From Elainellaceae cyanobacterium (GTDB lineage Bacteria; Cyanobacteriota; Cyanobacteriia; CAZCXK01): a stretch of DNA of 18,316 nucleotides. Both the position numbers and the translations under genes were made by a program. Below, one piece after another: positions 9,113 to 17,563 of the stretch (positions within the stretch are counted from its first letter, which is position 1; each line of letters starts with the position of its first letter). The notes below the pieces were generated by a model. That model worked only from the letters and a program-made list of their open reading frames with translations. It did not search any database and had not been told where the DNA came from. The DNA is taken from the NCBI GenBank assembly GCA_051117555.1, contig JBNPEG010000167.1, positions 1 to 18,316 of the forward strand, in the 5' to 3' direction.

Positions 9113-9148
9113 ATTTAGAACGACATTTAAGACGACATTTAAGACGAC
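9113..9148 (+). repeat. Three 12-nt tandem repeats
   Basis: atttagaacgac atttaagacgac atttaagacgac. Confidence 0.8.
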
Positions 9149-9398
9149 TGGGCAACAGAAACAAAAAGTTGTCTCACTATAGTTTACAAAGTTGATGTGA
9201 TGACTCATTGAAAGTGAAGATGTATATTTTGAAATTAACTTTAATAAATTTTTGTGGATTTAACTGGGGTTTAGTTAATAATATGTCCAGCAAATCACCT
9301 GGTTTTCTTAATTTCATTAACCATTTCATTAATCGTTAATCATTTTCACCTTCTCTTTTAATAGAACCAAGGTTATATAAACGGACGTGAAGTAACCG

Positions 9399-11366
9399 AT
9401 GAAGATTTTGCTGGTCGAGGATGATATCTCTATAGCAAAAGCCCTCGAAAAGGTCTTAATGAGCCAACACTATGCAGTCGATACTGCGAGTGATGGACAT
9501 ATGGGATGGCAACTTGTTGAAACATGCAGCTATGACTTGGTTTTATTAGACATCGTACTCCCTAGACTAGATGGCATCGAATTCTGTCAACGACTGCGTT
9601 CCAACAACTACACAATGCCCGTTTTGCTAATCACAGCTCAAGATTCTGGCACTTCTAAGGTAATGGGCTTAAACGCAGGGGCAGACGACTATCTCACAAA
9701 GCCATTTGAGATAGAAGAACTTCTTGCTCGCATCCGGGTATTACTGCGGCGATCGTCAACTCCGATGTTGAATATATTGGAATGGGGTGATTTGCGCCTT
9801 GATCCAAATACTCGCGAAGTGACCTATGGCGATCGCCCCATTAATTTAACTCCCAAAGAATATCGGCTATTAGAACTGTTTCTTCGTAAACAGCCATATG
9901 TGTTCACCCGTAGCGCCATTTTAGAAAACCTGTGGGCATTCGAAGAAACCCCAACTGAAGATACGGTCACGGCTCATGTGAAAGGCTTGCGCCGCAAGCT
10001 GAAGCAGGCAGGTGCTCCCTCCGACTTTATTAGCACAATCTATGGAGTCGGATATCGTCTAAAACCATTAGATTCGATCAAAGGCAAATCATTCAACGGG
10101 TCAGCTGATACTTCAGCAAATAGCTCAACGAGTCGCTCAACGAATGGCTCAAACAATACCGCAACTAGCCAAACGTCTGAACAATCCCTTCGCGAGAAGA
10201 CAAAAACAGCTCTAGCCGAAGTCTGGCAAAAATCTCAGCCTCAAACCCATCATCGCCTTTCAGTTTTGAAATATGCAGCTCAAGCGTTATTAACCAACAC
10301 CTTAACGGATACGTCACGACTTCAAGCCCAAACGGCTGCTCATGGTTTAACGGGCGCGTTGGGAGTATTTGGGTTTGAATCGAGCTCTAAGCTAGCAAAA
10401 ACGATTGAATATCAATTTGGCATTGCCTTACCCCAAACCGAAGCGGAAAAACAAACACTCCAGGAGTTAGTCAACACCCTGGAAAACAGTTTAAAGAAAG
10501 CCATGCCTGAAACAACCCTACCTGGATTTCGACGCACCCCGCCATTGTTGGTGATTGTCGATGATAGCGCAGAGTTTACCCATGAAATCATGGATGCATC
10601 ACAAATCTATGGCTTAACTGCGGCGATCGCCAACGACATTGAAACTCTAAGCTCAAACCAACAAGACATCACGATCGCCTTAAATAAGAAATCTCAAACA
10701 TCCCAACCATTAGACGAAGAATTGGACGTAATCATCCTTAATTTTCCATTGAGCGACGTTAGTGAATGTCAGTTAGACACACTCATTCACCAAATCCGTC
10801 AACTCCCTCCGATGGCAGCGATGATTTGCACGAGCAACGACACCCTCAAAACCCGGGTCAGAGCAGCGCGTATCGGGGCATGCTCCTTTCTCTGCGATCT
10901 AGATGCATCCCAAATTTTGGAAATCATTGTCGCGGTGCAATCGCAACTCCATCATTCATCGGCCAATGTCTTGGTAGTAGATGATGATCCGCAAACCTTA
11001 GCAGGCTTGCAATCGCTCCTTGAACCGTGGGGTTTTAAACTGACTACGCTGGAAGAAACACCGCAATTTTGGCACGTTCTAGAATCGTGCGCTCCAGACT
11101 TGTTAGTTCTTGATGTCGAAATGCCCCATTTTAACGGCATTGATCTGTGTCGAGTGGTGCGCCATACCCCGCCCTGGACCGAGATTCCTGTTATTTTTCT
11201 AACTGCGCATACCGATGCCGACACCGAGCATGAAGCATTTATTGCGGGTGCTAATGACTTGATCGGAAAATCATCGGCAGAATCAGAACTGATTACTCGC
11301 CTCTTTAATCAACTTGGATGGATGCATATCCGCAAGACCATGACTGCGATCGCAGCAGAAAAATGA
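9399..11366 (+). CDS. rfpB: RfpB, FaRLiP transcriptional activator (REC - OmpR winged helix - HPt - degenerate REC - REC)
   Basis: N-terminal receiver (LLVEDD, LLDIVLP, KPF); wHTH (LTPKEYRLLE...VTAHVKGLRRKL...TIYGVGYRL); HPt AAHGLTGALGVFG; C-terminal receiver LVVDDD...LDVEMP; lies upstream of a phytochrome in a FaRLiP cluster. Confidence 0.9.
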   Translation: MKILLVEDDISIAKALEKVLMSQHYAVDTASDGHMGWQLVETCSYDLVLLDIVLPRLDGIEFCQRLRSNNYTMPVLLITAQDSGTSKVMGLNAGADDYLTKPFEIEELLARIRVLLRRSSTPMLNILEWGDLRLDPNTREVTYGDRPINLTPKEYRLLELFLRKQPYVFTRSAILENLWAFEETPTEDTVTAHVKGLRRKLKQAGAPSDFISTIYGVGYRLKPLDSIKGKSFNGSADTSANSSTSRSTNGSNNTATSQTSEQSLREKTKTALAEVWQKSQPQTHHRLSVLKYAAQALLTNTLTDTSRLQAQTAAHGLTGALGVFGFESSSKLAKTIEYQFGIALPQTEAEKQTLQELVNTLENSLKKAMPETTLPGFRRTPPLLVIVDDSAEFTHEIMDASQIYGLTAAIANDIETLSSNQQDITIALNKKSQTSQPLDEELDVIILNFPLSDVSECQLDTLIHQIRQLPPMAAMICTSNDTLKTRVRAARIGACSFLCDLDASQILEIIVAVQSQLHHSSANVLVVDDDPQTLAGLQSLLEPWGFKLTTLEETPQFWHVLESCAPDLLVLDVEMPHFNGIDLCRVVRHTPPWTEIPVIFLTAHTDADTEHEAFIAGANDLIGKSSAESELITRLFNQLGWMHIRKTMTAIAAEK

Positions 11367-11467
11367 TGGCAAGTTTAAAACCTACCATCTAAATTTCTTA
11401 CTTCTATGCCTACTTCTATATCTGTCCCTTATTGCCCCTTCTCTTATTGACAATCATTCCATTCCCC

Positions 11468-14065
11468 ATGCCCCAACCCATCCCCCATCCATCCAGATAT
11501 ATTCCGTCACTCGAAGCGTTGCTGCATCGAATGACCAATCGCATCCGCCAGTCTATCGAATTACCCGATATTTTAGACTCAACGGTGACAGAGGTGCGAG
11601 CATTTCTGAAGACAGATCGAGTCAAGATCTATCGGTTTCACTCAGACGGCAGTGGAGAAGTCATCGCTGAATCAATTCGAGATCAGACGCTTCCATCGTT
11701 GATTGGGCATCGATTCCCGGCAGAGGATATTCCGGACGAAGCACGCGACCTGTTTTTGAAAGCACGCCAGCGTACGATTGTTGATGTGAGGAGCGGGCAG
11801 ATTGGTGTCAGTCCATTAGTGTGTCATAAAACTAAAGAGCGCTTGTCGCCTACCGTTCAGATGCGCCCGGTCGACTCCTGTCACATTGAATACTTGACCC
11901 ATATGGGGGTGCAATCATCACTAGTTGTGCCGATCTTACATGAGAATCAACTATGGGGACTCCTCGTTTCTCACCATGCTTCACCTCGAACGGTGTCTCA
12001 GCATGAGCTAAAAATTGTACAGTTAGTCGCCGACCAGGTATCCGTGGCGATCGCCCATTCAACCCTGCTCAATCAAACACGTCTCCAAGCCCAGCAAGAA
12101 GCCTGTGTGAATCGAGTCACTGCATTGCTGCATTCAACGAGCGAAATGCAGTTTCAGCAAGCCCTCGACCATACCGTAGCATCACTACAGGGGATTGGCG
12201 GCAGGATTTATTTTGAAGCTCAACATCCCAACCAAGCACCTGAATGGTTTTCATCGGGTCAAATTCCCTCGTCCCTGCCTGTGCCCTCGCCATTAGAGAC
12301 GCAAAACAAGTACTCATCATGTATCCTTGAGCAGCATCCCTATTGGCAGATGTGGCTCGACCATGAGCAACTCATCCAGCAAGATAATAAAGTAAGGGCG
12401 ATCGCCGACCTCTACATCTCTGATATCCCATCCGATATTGCAGCCGCCCTGTTATCCGTTCAAATTCGAGGCGTGCTTGTCGTATGCCTGCGCTATCAAC
12501 AGCAGTTGCTCGGCTATCTGAGTATCTTTCGGGGCGAAATTGATATCGAAAACATTTGGGCAGGGCGGCTCGATGATCGAGATCCGCGACAGCTTCGTCC
12601 CCGCCAATCCTTTGAAACGTGGCGCGAAATCAAGCACAATCAAGCCCACGAATGGACACCGACAGATATTGAGCTAGCACAGAGCTTGGGCGACCACTTT
12701 GCGATGGCAATCCATCAATATCAGCTGTATCGGCAAATCCAAGCGCTCAACGTCGAACTAGAGCAGCATGTTTTAAAGCGAACCATTGACTTGCAGCGCA
12801 CCAATGTAGAACTAAAGCGAAAAATTTACGAACACGAACGAGCATTGGATGAACTGCATCAGGCTAAAAATTCTATCATTCACTTGAGTTATCAGAATGA
12901 ACTTATTCTTTCATCAGCAGGAGAAGGCATTTACGGACTCGATCCAAGTGGTGAAATCACCTTTGTAAACCCCGCGGCTGCCCGAATTCTGGGTTATGAG
13001 ACTGACGATCTGCTGGGGCAGTTCATGCATTCCTTAGTGCATCACGTTCAGCCCGATGGTACTCTCTATGAGTGGAATGAAAGCCCTATTTACAGCACCC
13101 TGAAGAAGGGCACTATTCAGCATATCACCGATGAACTCTTCCAGCGGCGCGATGGTTCTACTATTCCGATTGAATATGTCAGTACTCCTATGCAAGACCG
13201 AGGCGTAATCTTGGGGGCTGTCATTGTTTTCAAAGACATTACCGAGAGGAAGTTAGTTGAGCAAATGAAAGACGAATTCGTCTCCGTCGTCAGCCACGAA
13301 CTGCGAACTCCTCTTACATCTATTCGAGCCGCACTGGGGCTACTAGCACGAGGTGACCTAAACGCCCAACTCGAAAAGAAACAGCGCATGTTAGACATTG
13401 CGTTCTCGAATGCTAATCGGTTAGTGCGTTTAGTGAACGATATTCTTGACGTAGAGCGCATCAAACTCGGTAAAGTCAGCTTAAATAAACAGCGTTGCAA
13501 CATCGCTGATTTGATTCCTCAAGCCGTGGATGTCATGAGTGCGATGGCAGATAAATTTAACATTGAACTCACCGCCACATCCGTTTCCGCTAATGTATGG
13601 GCTGACCCCGATCGAATCATTCAAACACTGACGAATTTACTCAGCAACGCCATCAAATTTTCGCCACGCGGATCGACCGTTTGGATTACCGCAGACGTCA
13701 TACATCGCGCATCGCTCCCAAACCAGTTAGCCTTAGAAACAACTCCAATTTCACACCCTTTCTCTTCGCAGGAACCGTCTAACGCCGCGCCGGATATAGC
13801 CCCCCATGCTCTCGCTCAAAACGCTTCGCCTGTTCTTTTAATTGCTGTTAAAGATCAAGGTCGCGGTATCCCTGAGGAAAAACTCGACATTGTGTTTGAC
13901 CGATTTCAGCAACTCAATATCTCAGATTCCGGACATAAAGGCGGAACAGGACTTGGGCTTGCCATCTGTCGCAGCATCGCGCAAGAACATGGAGGACAGA
14001 TTTGGGCAGAGAATATCAGTGGACAAGGCAGCATTTTCTATTTCATGCTGCCATTACTGCCCTAG
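11468..14065 (+). CDS. rfpA: RfpA, knotless red/far-red phytochrome histidine kinase (GAF-PHY-PAS-HisKA-HATPase)
   Basis: FPAEDIP (DIP motif), VDSCH bilin-binding Cys-His, PRQSF tongue motif, no N-terminal PAS knot; PAS (FVNPAA); H-box SHELRTPL, N-box NLLSNAIKF, G boxes DQGRGI and GGTGLGL. ATG 11468 chosen over TTG 11432; start uncertain. Confidence 0.92.
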   Translation: MPQPIPHPSRYIPSLEALLHRMTNRIRQSIELPDILDSTVTEVRAFLKTDRVKIYRFHSDGSGEVIAESIRDQTLPSLIGHRFPAEDIPDEARDLFLKARQRTIVDVRSGQIGVSPLVCHKTKERLSPTVQMRPVDSCHIEYLTHMGVQSSLVVPILHENQLWGLLVSHHASPRTVSQHELKIVQLVADQVSVAIAHSTLLNQTRLQAQQEACVNRVTALLHSTSEMQFQQALDHTVASLQGIGGRIYFEAQHPNQAPEWFSSGQIPSSLPVPSPLETQNKYSSCILEQHPYWQMWLDHEQLIQQDNKVRAIADLYISDIPSDIAAALLSVQIRGVLVVCLRYQQQLLGYLSIFRGEIDIENIWAGRLDDRDPRQLRPRQSFETWREIKHNQAHEWTPTDIELAQSLGDHFAMAIHQYQLYRQIQALNVELEQHVLKRTIDLQRTNVELKRKIYEHERALDELHQAKNSIIHLSYQNELILSSAGEGIYGLDPSGEITFVNPAAARILGYETDDLLGQFMHSLVHHVQPDGTLYEWNESPIYSTLKKGTIQHITDELFQRRDGSTIPIEYVSTPMQDRGVILGAVIVFKDITERKLVEQMKDEFVSVVSHELRTPLTSIRAALGLLARGDLNAQLEKKQRMLDIAFSNANRLVRLVNDILDVERIKLGKVSLNKQRCNIADLIPQAVDVMSAMADKFNIELTATSVSANVWADPDRIIQTLTNLLSNAIKFSPRGSTVWITADVIHRASLPNQLALETTPISHPFSSQEPSNAAPDIAPHALAQNASPVLLIAVKDQGRGIPEEKLDIVFDRFQQLNISDSGHKGGTGLGLAICRSIAQEHGGQIWAENISGQGSIFYFMLPLLP

Positions 14066-14110
14066 ACAGACTCATCTCAGCTAAATTCTTTTTGAGGTCT
14101 AACTACAATC

Positions 14111-14482
14111 ATGACCACTAAACGTATCTTGATTATTGATGACGAAGCAGATATTCGAGAAGCCACTCAAATCTGCTTGGAAGTAACAGGCGAATGGCAA
14201 GTACTCACCGCGAGTTCAGGCAATGAAGGTCTGATGAAAGCCGCCATCGAAAAGCCAGATGCTATTCTTTTAGACATCATGATGCCAGGAATGGATGGTC
14301 TGGCTACGTTTCAAAACCTTCAAGAAAATCCAGATACTCAAAATATACCCATCATTCTGTTAACTGCAAAAGCTCAATCCTCTGAGCAACGTGAATTCAG
14401 CCAATTGAAAGTCGCTGCAATCATTACAAAGCCATACGACCCATTTAGTTTATCGAATCAACTATCTAGTGCCCTGTCATAG
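14111..14482 (+). CDS. rfpC: RfpC, CheY-like single-domain response regulator
   Basis: ILIIDDE, LLDIMMPGMDG, LLTAKA, KPY; third gene of the rfpBAC arrangement. Confidence 0.9.
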   Translation: MTTKRILIIDDEADIREATQICLEVTGEWQVLTASSGNEGLMKAAIEKPDAILLDIMMPGMDGLATFQNLQENPDTQNIPIILLTAKAQSSEQREFSQLKVAAIITKPYDPFSLSNQLSSALS

Positions 14483-14546
14483 TGAACTGTCTTTATGCGA
14501 GGATTAGTTCATTCCATCACAAGAATCAGTCATCCGATTTGGAATA

Positions 14547-14636
14547 TATAGCGATCCTAAATCGCTGTGAATTGTGCGTGAGTGGTGGGGCGAGCGGCGC
14601 CCGCCCCACCACTCACACCCATCTGGGATTGCTGTA
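14547..14636. repeat. About 90-bp MITE-like dispersed repeat, copy 1 (between convergent rfpC and the hypothetical gene; possible terminator)
   Basis: Ends TATAGCGATCC ... GGATTGCTGTA; perfect 15-bp inner stem GTGAGTGGTGGGGCG (14578-14592) / CGCCCCACCACTCAC (14602-14616); homologous inverted copy at 16943-17030. Confidence 0.82.
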
Positions 14637-14677
14637 GATGGCTCGATCTCAGACCGAGTTTATTCTCATGAATGCTT

Positions 14678-15016
14678 TCAATCTTGAACCGACGTCATAG
14701 AATAAATATCGTTCGACTTATAGTCGGGACAATCAATTGCTGATTCAGACATGGCTGTAGTCGGATGAATTGCGCATTTAAGCGTATAGTTACCCGTGAA
14801 AAACTGACAGTTCGCACATGGAACTCGGTGAAGGCGGTTGGCATAGGTGACGGCATCTCTAATTCCGCGCACAATACTCAAAACAATCAACATCGTGATT
14901 ATCCAAGCAACAATTAACTGAATGGGATGGAATCCTACATAGGTATCCTGAGTTGCTTGGTTGTTTTGAATCAAAAGGTAAATGACTTGGGGTTTGAATA
15001 AAATAAATGTAATCAT
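14678..15016 (-). CDS. Hypothetical small membrane protein with a C-terminal Cys/His cluster (putative metal binding)
   Basis: 112 aa; hydrophobic helix PIQLIVAWIITMLIVLSIV; motif CANC-x10-CAIHP-x10-CPDY; AGGA RBS; 122 bp downstream of psbO on the same strand. Confidence 0.75.
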   Translation of the reverse strand: MITFILFKPQVIYLLIQNNQATQDTYVGFHPIQLIVAWIITMLIVLSIVRGIRDAVTYANRLHRVPCANCQFFTGNYTLKCAIHPTTAMSESAIDCPDYKSNDIYSMTSVQD

Positions 15017-15138
15017 GGCAATCTAAATTCCTACATTAAAGTTGCATTGGGCGCACGACTATGCACCCAACTACGTCTTATTGCCAGCGATTATGGTGCG
15101 TTCAAATCTCTGTTCTATGGAACTTTGGGAATGAGAAC

Positions 15139-15978
15139 TTAGGGAATAGATGCGACCTCAGTTCCTAGACGAGCATAGAATAAGCCTTGAATTTTTACAT
15201 CCAGCGGCTCCTTCGAACCAAAATCTGTGTCAGAAATTTGCTCACTTTCAAATAAACCCGCAATCTCGCCAGTACTGCGGCTGACATGGGTGACGTCTAA
15301 GAAAATCTTTCCCTGTCCTGTTTCAAACATTTTGACGTTTTCACGTAGGAACTCTTCATCGTCTGCTTGACTAGGCAGTCCAACCGCAGAATCATATCCA
15401 ACGGACAACCCTCGACCTCGCGGATCAAGGAAACCTGACGTACGATAGGATGGGACTTTGAATGTGCCGTTAAAACGTGTTGAAGGATTTAGGCTATCTA
15501 ACCCAGATTGACTTTTAGCAACTAACCCTTTGATGGTGAACAGCATCGGCACTCGTTTATTTCCCGGTAGTTGCACAGTGATGGGCTGAAAATCAATACC
15601 ACCTTGTTCAAAAAAGGTTAAGCTATTATCCGGTTCAATATTCAGTAAGCCGTTGATATGATCAAGGGCAGAACTCGCACGGGTTAATAGTTTGCCAGGG
15701 ACAAATCCCGCCTCTTGGCGCTTCATCACGGGCTCTCGTTTCACTAAGAAAGTGGTCGGTTGCAAACACATATCTGTGACTGAGTAAGACTGATTTGGAT
15801 CGATGGGAATAATATCTCGGTCGGTTTCTGAAAGCCGAGGACATAAATTAGCAAGTCCACTGCCTTTGATTTGATCATAGGTCAGTGAATCACTCTTAAC
15901 AGTTGGATTTTGGCCGCAAGCGGTTAGGATACCTATGCAAAGGGAAAGAAGTAGAGCAATGAACGTCTGATATCTCAT
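15139..15978 (-). CDS. psbO2: Photosystem II manganese-stabilising protein PsbO, cluster-associated paralog
   Basis: Signal peptide ending LTAC; LTYDQIKGSGLANLCP, GIDFQPITVQLPG, VPSYRTSGFLDPRGRG, GEIAGLFESEQISDTD, IQGLFYA. The paralog suffix is inferred from its location in the cluster. Confidence 0.9.
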   Translation of the reverse strand: MRYQTFIALLLSLCIGILTACGQNPTVKSDSLTYDQIKGSGLANLCPRLSETDRDIIPIDPNQSYSVTDMCLQPTTFLVKREPVMKRQEAGFVPGKLLTRASSALDHINGLLNIEPDNSLTFFEQGGIDFQPITVQLPGNKRVPMLFTIKGLVAKSQSGLDSLNPSTRFNGTFKVPSYRTSGFLDPRGRGLSVGYDSAVGLPSQADDEEFLRENVKMFETGQGKIFLDVTHVSRSTGEIAGLFESEQISDTDFGSKEPLDVKIQGLFYARLGTEVASIP

Positions 15979-16024
15979 GATTGGATTAGATATAAATGGG
16001 CAAGATACTCTGGCTCAGATTTTG

Positions 16025-16052
16025 AATGAATAATGAATAATGAATGATGAAT
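16025..16052. repeat. Heptamer short tandem repeat (STRR-like)
   Basis: aatgaat aatgaat aatgaat gatgaat. Confidence 0.7.
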
Positions 16053-16098
16053 ACATTTGATGTTTATAACGATTGAAAGTATTTAAGCAATAAAACCT

Positions 16099-16115
16099 GA
16101 AGATCTGAGGAAGAT
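16099..16115 (-). promoter_or_regulatory. Candidate RfpB half-site pair upstream of psbO2
   Basis: The minus strand reads ATCTTCCTCAGATCTTC (ATCTTC twice, 11-bp period), 15/17 identical to chlF-upstream 818-834 ATCTTCCTAAGTTCTTC. Confidence 0.45.
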
Positions 16116-16217
16116 TATGAGAGTTACAATGCAACAATATAGTGGCACTGCGAAACACTATTAGGTAAAAATTGACTCCTCAAAGGTTAGAAAACCACAT
16201 CAATATTTGATTATTAA

Positions 16218-16290
16218 TTTTCTTAAATTTTGTTATTTATCTTCACTGGTTTTTCATATTTATTTCTTATCCTTTTCTCAATCCACTTAG
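16218..16290 (+). promoter_or_regulatory. Candidate RfpB binding array upstream of apcD5
   Basis: TTC cores at 16220, 16242, 16253, 16264 and 16275 (11-bp phase); aligns without gaps to the chlF-upstream array. Confidence 0.55.
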
Positions 16291-16457
16291 CAGATTTCCA
16301 AAAAAGTCAGAGCAAAGATAATCGCTCATCAAGATGTTATAGCCGCATGAATTCCCTCAGTAATCATTGTTAAGTAGGTGGACAGAAATATTTACTGTCA
16401 TTTCTTTCAATTCATACTTAACCCACATAAATAAAACCAATTCTTTAGGAGAAGCCC

Positions 16458-16934
16458 ATGAGCCTTGTAACCGAATTGATCCTGAGTGCGGATAGCGAAG
16501 CCCGCTATCCAGCTCCCAAAGAAATACGTATCTTCCAAGATTTTCTCAAGACTGGTGAACAGCGAATTCGCATTGCCAAAACATTGGCAGAAAATGAACA
16601 ACGGATTGTTCAAAACGGTAGCAATAGATTTTGGGAACGATGCCCTAATACGCCTAGTAATAGCGGAAATGAACGTAAAACTGCATCGTGTCAACGGGAT
16701 CAAGGGTGGTATGTCCGCCTGATTGCTTACTCGGTATTAGCAGGGAGTGAGAAACCCCTAGAGGATATTGGCACGGTCGGCATCAAGGAAATGTATAACA
16801 ATCTGGAAATACCAATTCGCAACATCGCTGAATGTATGCGCTGTCTCAAAGAAGAAGCGATCGCCACGATGAGCGAAGAAGACGCAGTTGAAGTAGCTCC
16901 ATACTTTGATTACATTATCCGGTCACTATCTTGA
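16458..16934 (+). CDS. apcD5: Far-red allophycocyanin alpha-type subunit, ApcD5-like
   Basis: Phycobiliprotein alpha fold (ADSEARY, CQRDQGWYVRLIAY, GIKEMY, PYFDYI); far-red type segment FWERCPNTPSNSG; first gene before apcB2-apcD2; AGGAGA RBS. Confidence 0.8.
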   Translation: MSLVTELILSADSEARYPAPKEIRIFQDFLKTGEQRIRIAKTLAENEQRIVQNGSNRFWERCPNTPSNSGNERKTASCQRDQGWYVRLIAYSVLAGSEKPLEDIGTVGIKEMYNNLEIPIRNIAECMRCLKEEAIATMSEEDAVEVAPYFDYIIRSLS

Positions 16935-16942
16935 AGAAATAC

Positions 16943-17030
16943 TATAGCAATGCCGGGTTGTGAGTAGTGGGGCGGGCGGCGCCTGCCCCACCACTCACAT
17001 ACAATTCACAAGCGATTTAGGATTGCCATA
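16943..17030. repeat. MITE-like dispersed repeat, copy 2 (inverted relative to 14547-14636), in the apcD5-apcB2 spacer
   Basis: Ends TATAGCAAT ... ATTGCCATA. Its reverse complement, TATGGCAATCCTAAATCGCTTGTGAATTGTATGTGAGTGGTGGGGC..., matches copy 1, TATAGCGATCCTAAATCGCTGTGAATTGTGCGTGAGTGGTGGGGC... Confidence 0.82.
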
Positions 17031-17059
17031 TCAGGAAATAAATTAGGAGATTACCCACC

Positions 17060-17545
17060 ATGCAAGATGCCATCACAACATTGATTAATTCCCATGACAT
17101 GCAAGGCAAGTATCTCGATGATGCGTCCTTAGATCAGTTACAGGCATACTTTCGAAGTGGCGAACTACGCGCACGAGCGGCGATGACCATTAGCGCCAAT
17201 GCGTCATCCATTGTCACTAAAACCGTTGCGAAAGCCCTACTGTATACCGACATCACTGCCCCAGGCGGCAATATGTATACCTGTCGTCGATATGCCGCCT
17301 GCGTCCGCGATATGGATTACTTCCTTCGCTATGCAACCTATGCCATGTTAGCTGGAGATCCATCTATTCTGGATGAACGGGTTCTCAATGGGTTGCGAGA
17401 AACCTACAGCTCCTTGGGCGTGCCCATTGGCGCAACGGTGCGATCGGTGCAGGCAATGAAGGATGTCACAACAGATATGGTGGGGGCTGATGCAGGCAAG
17501 GAAGTTGGCGTGTACTTTGACCATATTTGTTCCGGGCTAAGCTAG
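17060..17545 (+). CDS. apcB2: Allophycocyanin beta subunit, far-red paralog ApcB2
   Basis: MQDAIT..., [32 protein letters not shown] (bilin-binding Cys; YTCRR instead of YTTRR), [17 protein letters not shown]. Confidence 0.9.
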   Translation: MQDAITTLINSHDMQGKYLDDASLDQLQAYFRSGELRARAAMTISANASSIVTKTVAKALLYTDITAPGGNMYTCRRYAACVRDMDYFLRYATYAMLAGDPSILDERVLNGLRETYSSLGVPIGATVRSVQAMKDVTTDMVGADAGKEVGVYFDHICSGLS

Positions 17546-17563
17546 CGATCGCCTGCCCAGTAC

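Noticed and set aside
8948..9148. CRISPR array interpretation of the repeated palindrome
   Set aside because: Only two units, the intervening sequence is duplicated too (no unique spacers), and there are no cas genes.
11432..11495. Pro-rich N-terminal extension of RfpA from TTG 11432
   Set aside because: The region is degenerate CCCCAT/CCATTCC short tandem repeat typical of cyanobacterial spacers; a later ATG is more plausible.
13700..13835. About 45-aa Pro/Ser/Ala insertion in the RfpA HATPase domain
   Set aside because: Variable insertions between the N and G1 boxes are common in cyanobacterial kinases, and all catalytic boxes are intact.
15048..15074. Small hairpin TTGGGCGCA-N6-TGCACCCAA between psbO2 and the hypothetical gene
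   Set aside because: Short, mismatched and single; too weak to call beyond a possible degenerate REP.
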